The notes beneath the pieces are model-generated. The model had not been told where the DNA came from. It made no database searches and saw nothing but the letters and a program-made list of their open reading frames with translations. The position numbers and the translations under genes are program-made. A stretch of 64,000 nt of DNA from Eledone cirrhosa (taxonomy: Eukaryota), in assembly GCA_964016885.1 (NCBI GenBank), contig OZ024740.1, forward strand, positions 126,294,001-126,358,000, given 5' to 3'. Position 1 is the first letter of the stretch; the number at the start of each line of letters is the position of its first letter. Positions 58,957 through 64,000 of the stretch are shown here, one piece after another.

Positions 58957-60986
58957 AAATCAAATTTCACTCCGCCAAAAGGAAGAAATATCTATCTCGA
59001 CCAATACATTGACATCCTGTCTAAATTTCCTCTTAGCCATAATACTAATGTTAGGCCAAACATTAACAAATCAGAAATGTCTGCACTTAAACTTATACAA
59101 AATGATAAAACAATAATAATTAAACAAGCAGATAAAGGGGGTGCAGTTGTTATAATGGATACTGAATACTACAAGGATTTGGTTAAGGAACAACTGAAAG
59201 ACACAACATTCTATCATGAAATACCGTCAAATATAGACCACAACATCATGAAGAAGATCAACAACCTGGCTTCAAGATACCACAACTCATTTACTGATAA
59301 TGAAAGAGACTACATCACCAATTTTGAGCCGAAACCCAGCAAACCTATGGCCTACCGAAAGTTCACAAGCCAAAAGAAATACAACTGGCAGTAAGAGAAC
59401 AAAACAGTGAGTACATTAACTTATTACACCCGAAAGACTTAAAACTTAGACCTATTATAGCTGGTCCAACATGCCCCACTCACCGTCTAAGCAATTTTGT
59501 TGACATTATTTTGAAACCACTATGTATTCGCATACCCAGTTTCATCCGGGATGATATTGACTTCCTGTCCCATCTTCCCAAAACCACGGAAACGAATTCA
59601 CTTCTACTCAGTTTTGATGTGGTAAGCCTTTACACCAACATTACACATGATTTAGGAAGAAAGGCGGTTAAATACTGGGTGGAAAAACATAGAGAAGTGA
59701 TTCCCATTAGATGCACAGCGCCATTTATATTAGACGCAGTTAAACTTATTCTGGAAAACAACACTTTCTTCTTCAATGGAAAGAATTACATCCAAATTAG
59801 AGGCACAGCGATGGGAACGAAGTTTGCTCCCGTTTACGCGAACTCTGTAATGGGATACTTAGAACAACAACTCTACCAAGAAATAGAGGAAAAATATAGT
59901 ACTGACTTTAGAAAGTACATTGAAAAATCTTGGAAGAGATACCTTGACAACTGTTTCATCATCTGGACAGAATCTCTAGATACTCTGGATGAGTTCAATA
60001 TCCTCCTGAATAACCTAGACCCATCTCTCCAATTCATAAAAGAGATGAGTAGGACCAAATTACCATTCCTAGATATAATGATAATCAAAAACGACACCAC
60101 CATTACCACGGATATATATTATAAACACACAGACACCCATCAATATCTGAATTTTAAGTCGTGCCATCCACCTCATACAAAACGCAACATCCCATACTGC
60201 CTAGCCAGAAGAATTTGTACCATTGTAGAAGATACGAATACCAGGTACAAACGCCTAACAGAACTAAGAGAATGTTTGCTCAAACAAAAATACCCATCTC
60301 TACTTATAGAAAATGGCATACAGCGGTCTATAAAAATACCTATACAACAACTTAGAACAACCCAAGGAAGAAGAAACCAAGAACTGGTCATACCATTTAT
60401 AATGACACACAACCCATGTCACCAGAATATCTTCAACACTGCCAAAGCAAACCTACCGATCATTGCTCAAAGTAATGAATTAAAAGGCTTAATCACAGAT
60501 CGATATTTGACTCTTAGTAAAAGACAGCCAAAAAATTTGAAGCAATTGCTAACAAAAGCAAAGTTTGACCTTAACAACAAAGACCAATCATTCACTGTAT
60601 CTAAATGCAATGATAATCGATGCGGCACATGTCAATCCATACACGCCGGTCAATATATGAAAACAAAAACTGGAAAAATATTCCCAAATGCAAATATGAA
60701 CTGCAAAAGCAGAAATCTAATTTACTGCATTAAATGCCCGAATTGTGAAGAACTATATGTCGGTCAAACTGGAAATGCACTATCGGAACGTGCACGGGTA
60801 CACCGTCAACAAATCAGAGACCCAAATGTCCGTCAGATACCCCTAAGCGGCCACCTGGCAACATGTGGTCAGGGAATATTTATAATATTCCCATTCTACA
60901 AATTACACAGCCCAAGTGAAATCAAGAGAAAAATCAAAGAAAAGAATTTTATTGATAAATTCAAACCCAAGCTAAATGAACAATAA
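58957..60986 (+). pseudogene. PLE reverse transcriptase plus GIY-YIG endonuclease (5'-truncated, frameshifted)
   Basis: IIIKQADKGGAVV, LRPIIAGP, FDVVSLYTNI, QIRGTAMGTKFAP, RYLDN (YLDD mutated), LPFLD, CNDNRCGTC linker, NLIYCIKC..C..LYVGQT...R...H. There is a frameshift near 59345. Confidence 0.92.
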
Positions 60987-61356
60987 TAACGCTTAGGGGT
61001 ATTACTTCTACTACCACTATGACCACGACCACTAACAACACAACAACAACAACAATAATAATAATAATAATAAAAGTGATGTTGATGGTGATGATTAATA
61101 GAAAATGCTATTTTCATCATTTCAAAAAGCAAAACAATTGATACGTTGGATATGACTATTGGTCGTTAGCATGCTCAACCAGCCGTGACGCTTAAACCAA
61201 TCAGCTGTAGTAATTCAGTGAAACTACACACTGATTGGTCGAAATACAGTTTACAGGGCTTTGCATTCTGGAGCCACTTTTCTCTGTATAAAAGGTAGGA
61301 CATTTACCCATCTCATTACAGTTGAAAATTGCAAACTCGACTGTCACCACATATCA

Positions 61357-61395
61357 TGAACCTGAAGATTGCGAAAGAATGAAAGTACTTGTTCA
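61357..61395 (+). ncRNA. Minimal type I hammerhead ribozyme (3' pLTR)
   Basis: TGAAC-CTGAAGA-TTGCGAAAGAAT-GAAA-GTAC-TT-GTTCA, with one stem II mismatch. Confidence 0.8.
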
Positions 61396-61567
61396 ATTAA
61401 CACTTAGAATTTAATATTCTATCATACTATTTCATTATAATACCAATATATATATTTTAAAGTATTGTAAATAAAACGAGTAAATCAGACAAAGTTGGAA
61501 TTCCTCTTATTAATATAATCTTCTATACACAATCATACACACCCGTGTATATTTACCTATCTATCTA

Positions 61568-62050
<483 letters not shown>

Positions 62051-62199
62051 GTGTGTGTTTGTGTGTGTCGGTCTTTCTTTCAGTCTACCTTGCTTCCGAA
62101 GTGTCTTGTAGGTTTTATTTTAATATATCTCTCTCTTCTTGTCTGTTTGTCTCTCCATTGTTTACTACATTTATATCTCCATCCATCGTCTGTATATCA

Positions 62200-63780
62200 A
62201 CTGAACAGTTAACGTTGTTAACATTAAATTGAACGAGGACAGCAGATGTAAGTTCATACTTGAAGAATGAATCTCTGAAACGATTTAAGAGCGGGGTTAA
62301 GAAGCTTTACAATATGTTTAATAAGTTTCTTACCAACTGAATCATTTCTAAAACGTATCATGTTTTGAGATTAGAAGAAAAAAAATCAATCTTATTCCAT
62401 ATCTTACATTGATAATATAATGACCTGCATCGTAGATATTTGTCACAAACATACTTACTCGGTTTAACACCACTAACTGGTTGCTGTGTGATTTAGTGAA
62501 GCCCATGGAATTGCATATATCTGGACCATGTAGCTAAACCAAATAAAACACAAGTCTTTGTGTGTAATATTTCTCAATAGATCAACAAAATGATCACGGA
62601 CATTTCCAACCCGCGTCCGTCTGAAATACGATAAAATAGATAAATAGAAAAATTTACGTTCAGTGAAAGAAACATAACATACTTTTTTAGATTTCAAAGC
62701 ATTCATCTTTTTTTATATTAACGTTGAAAGCATTGACATCTGAATGTGTCAGTCGACCCATTGCTTCTATGAAACTATAATGTCTTATCCCTCAGAATAT
62801 CATTGAGCAAGATATCACGACATGGTTTCAATGTGTAAGTTGAACGATTTCTCCTTAATTAGGTCAAACACGAAAACAAAACACATTTGGATTGGCAGTA
62901 TCGGTAGAGGGTCGGACGCCATGCTTTGAAGCATATAGTTACCTCCCTGTATGACCTGCGTTCAAATCCCGCCCAGGTTAACTATGCCATTCATACTTAC
63001 AGGGTCAATAAAATAAAGTACCAGTGATGCACTGGATAATTGCTGGCCTTGTGCCAAAAGTAGAAACAATTATTACAAAGGCTTTGTGTTTTGGGAATAA
63101 GAAACCAATATTCCGTTCTTTGTAAATCAAACATCCAAATAATTATTAGTATTTCGACCTTTCCAGTGTCTGATTTGCATTAACATTTGTCTACTGATGA
63201 ATATTAATTAATTTGTCTACTGATAAATTTTAATTAATTAAAAGACAGTTCCATCTAAAAATCACAGTTATTATAAATAACATCTATACGGAGAGCTAAG
63301 AAGTAATCGTCAGAGAAGGCATCTATTTCTAAAGCTATTTTCATTTAACAGACGTCACCATTAATATACGCCATTAATATTATCATCCTTTTATATTCCT
63401 CATCACCGGATACCGATGAGATGCCTTTTATAGTCAATGTGATAATATTAAACAGAACAGCAAACAATACATTTGAAACCAATGGAAATCAAATAGAGAC
63501 ATGAAATTTGTAATCAATAAAGACCTGAGCAAAGATCTTTCTTAATTGACCTCATATCGATTGCTACAGTTCTTAGCAGCCGTAGACTAATGTTTGGCTT
63601 TTTCATCTTCGTATCATATTAAAATATGTTTGAAGAGACGAAATCAGTAACAGACCATTGCAATTGTGTCTAAATCATAAATGTGTAATTCTACACATCA
63701 TTATTTTCAGAGACACAATTTACGTGAAATGCGGAAGCATACAAAAAATTTGAAAGCCACGTATTGACAGAAGCTATTAC
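62200..63780 (-). mobile_element. Possible old hAT (SPIN/GTF2IRD2-like) transposase remnant
   Basis: RRTRVGNVRDHFVDLLRNI resembles RWLSxGxVLxRFxxLxxEI. The sequence is heavily decayed. Confidence 0.3.
62888..63075 (+). mobile_element. SINE, same family as 3095-3275
   Basis: Colinear with 3097-3280. Confidence 0.88.
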
Positions 63781-63869
63781 AGATATTTACGGAAATGTTA
63801 CTTTGTTATTAAATCTTAACACAATCTCACACACACATTCACCTACAAACACAAGCAAAAAATCAGACA

Positions 63870-63910
<41 letters not shown>

Positions 63911-64000
63911 TAATACAAACAATGAAATAAAAACCAAGAACAGGTTCCTTATAATAAAAGAAATCATCATTTTACGATCGTTTCTGAGATATATATGTAT

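Larger units (their letters stand above)
58697..61559 (+). mobile_element. Neptune-type Penelope-like element with an inverted 5' pLTR
   Basis: 58697-58956 is inverted to 61265-61516, with a tail to ~61559 and (TA)n flanks. RT and GIY-YIG are encoded inside. Confidence 0.93.

Overview
AT-rich eukaryotic genomic DNA, probably an octopus or other cephalopod. This is inferred from the very dense (AT)n/(CA)n microsatellites, tRNA/Nin-domain-type SINEs and RTE LINEs. I recognise no intact host gene; most predicted ORFs are microsatellite artefacts. The window is mostly decayed retroelements: Penelope-like elements (PLEs; a near-complete Neptune-type copy at 58.7-61.6 kb, Naiad-type and Penelope/Poseidon-type fragments), RTE, R4/Dong-like and Tx1-like LINE remnants, one non-autonomous LTR element, three Helitron copies, a nested mariner and several SINEs. 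The most interesting signal is non-coding. (i) About 15 hammerhead-ribozyme (HHR) motifs occur in at least 8 unrelated families, nearly all in elements embedded in (TA)n. (ii) Two clear and one decayed 500-620 bp non-coding, more-than-unit-length retrozyme-like elements carry a full three-stem type I HHR. (iii) A head-to-head insertion architecture recurs with a family-fixed internal boundary, followed by a cross-family covarying RCTC...GAGY hairpin. All folds and alignments were done by eye, and boundaries of decayed elements are approximate.
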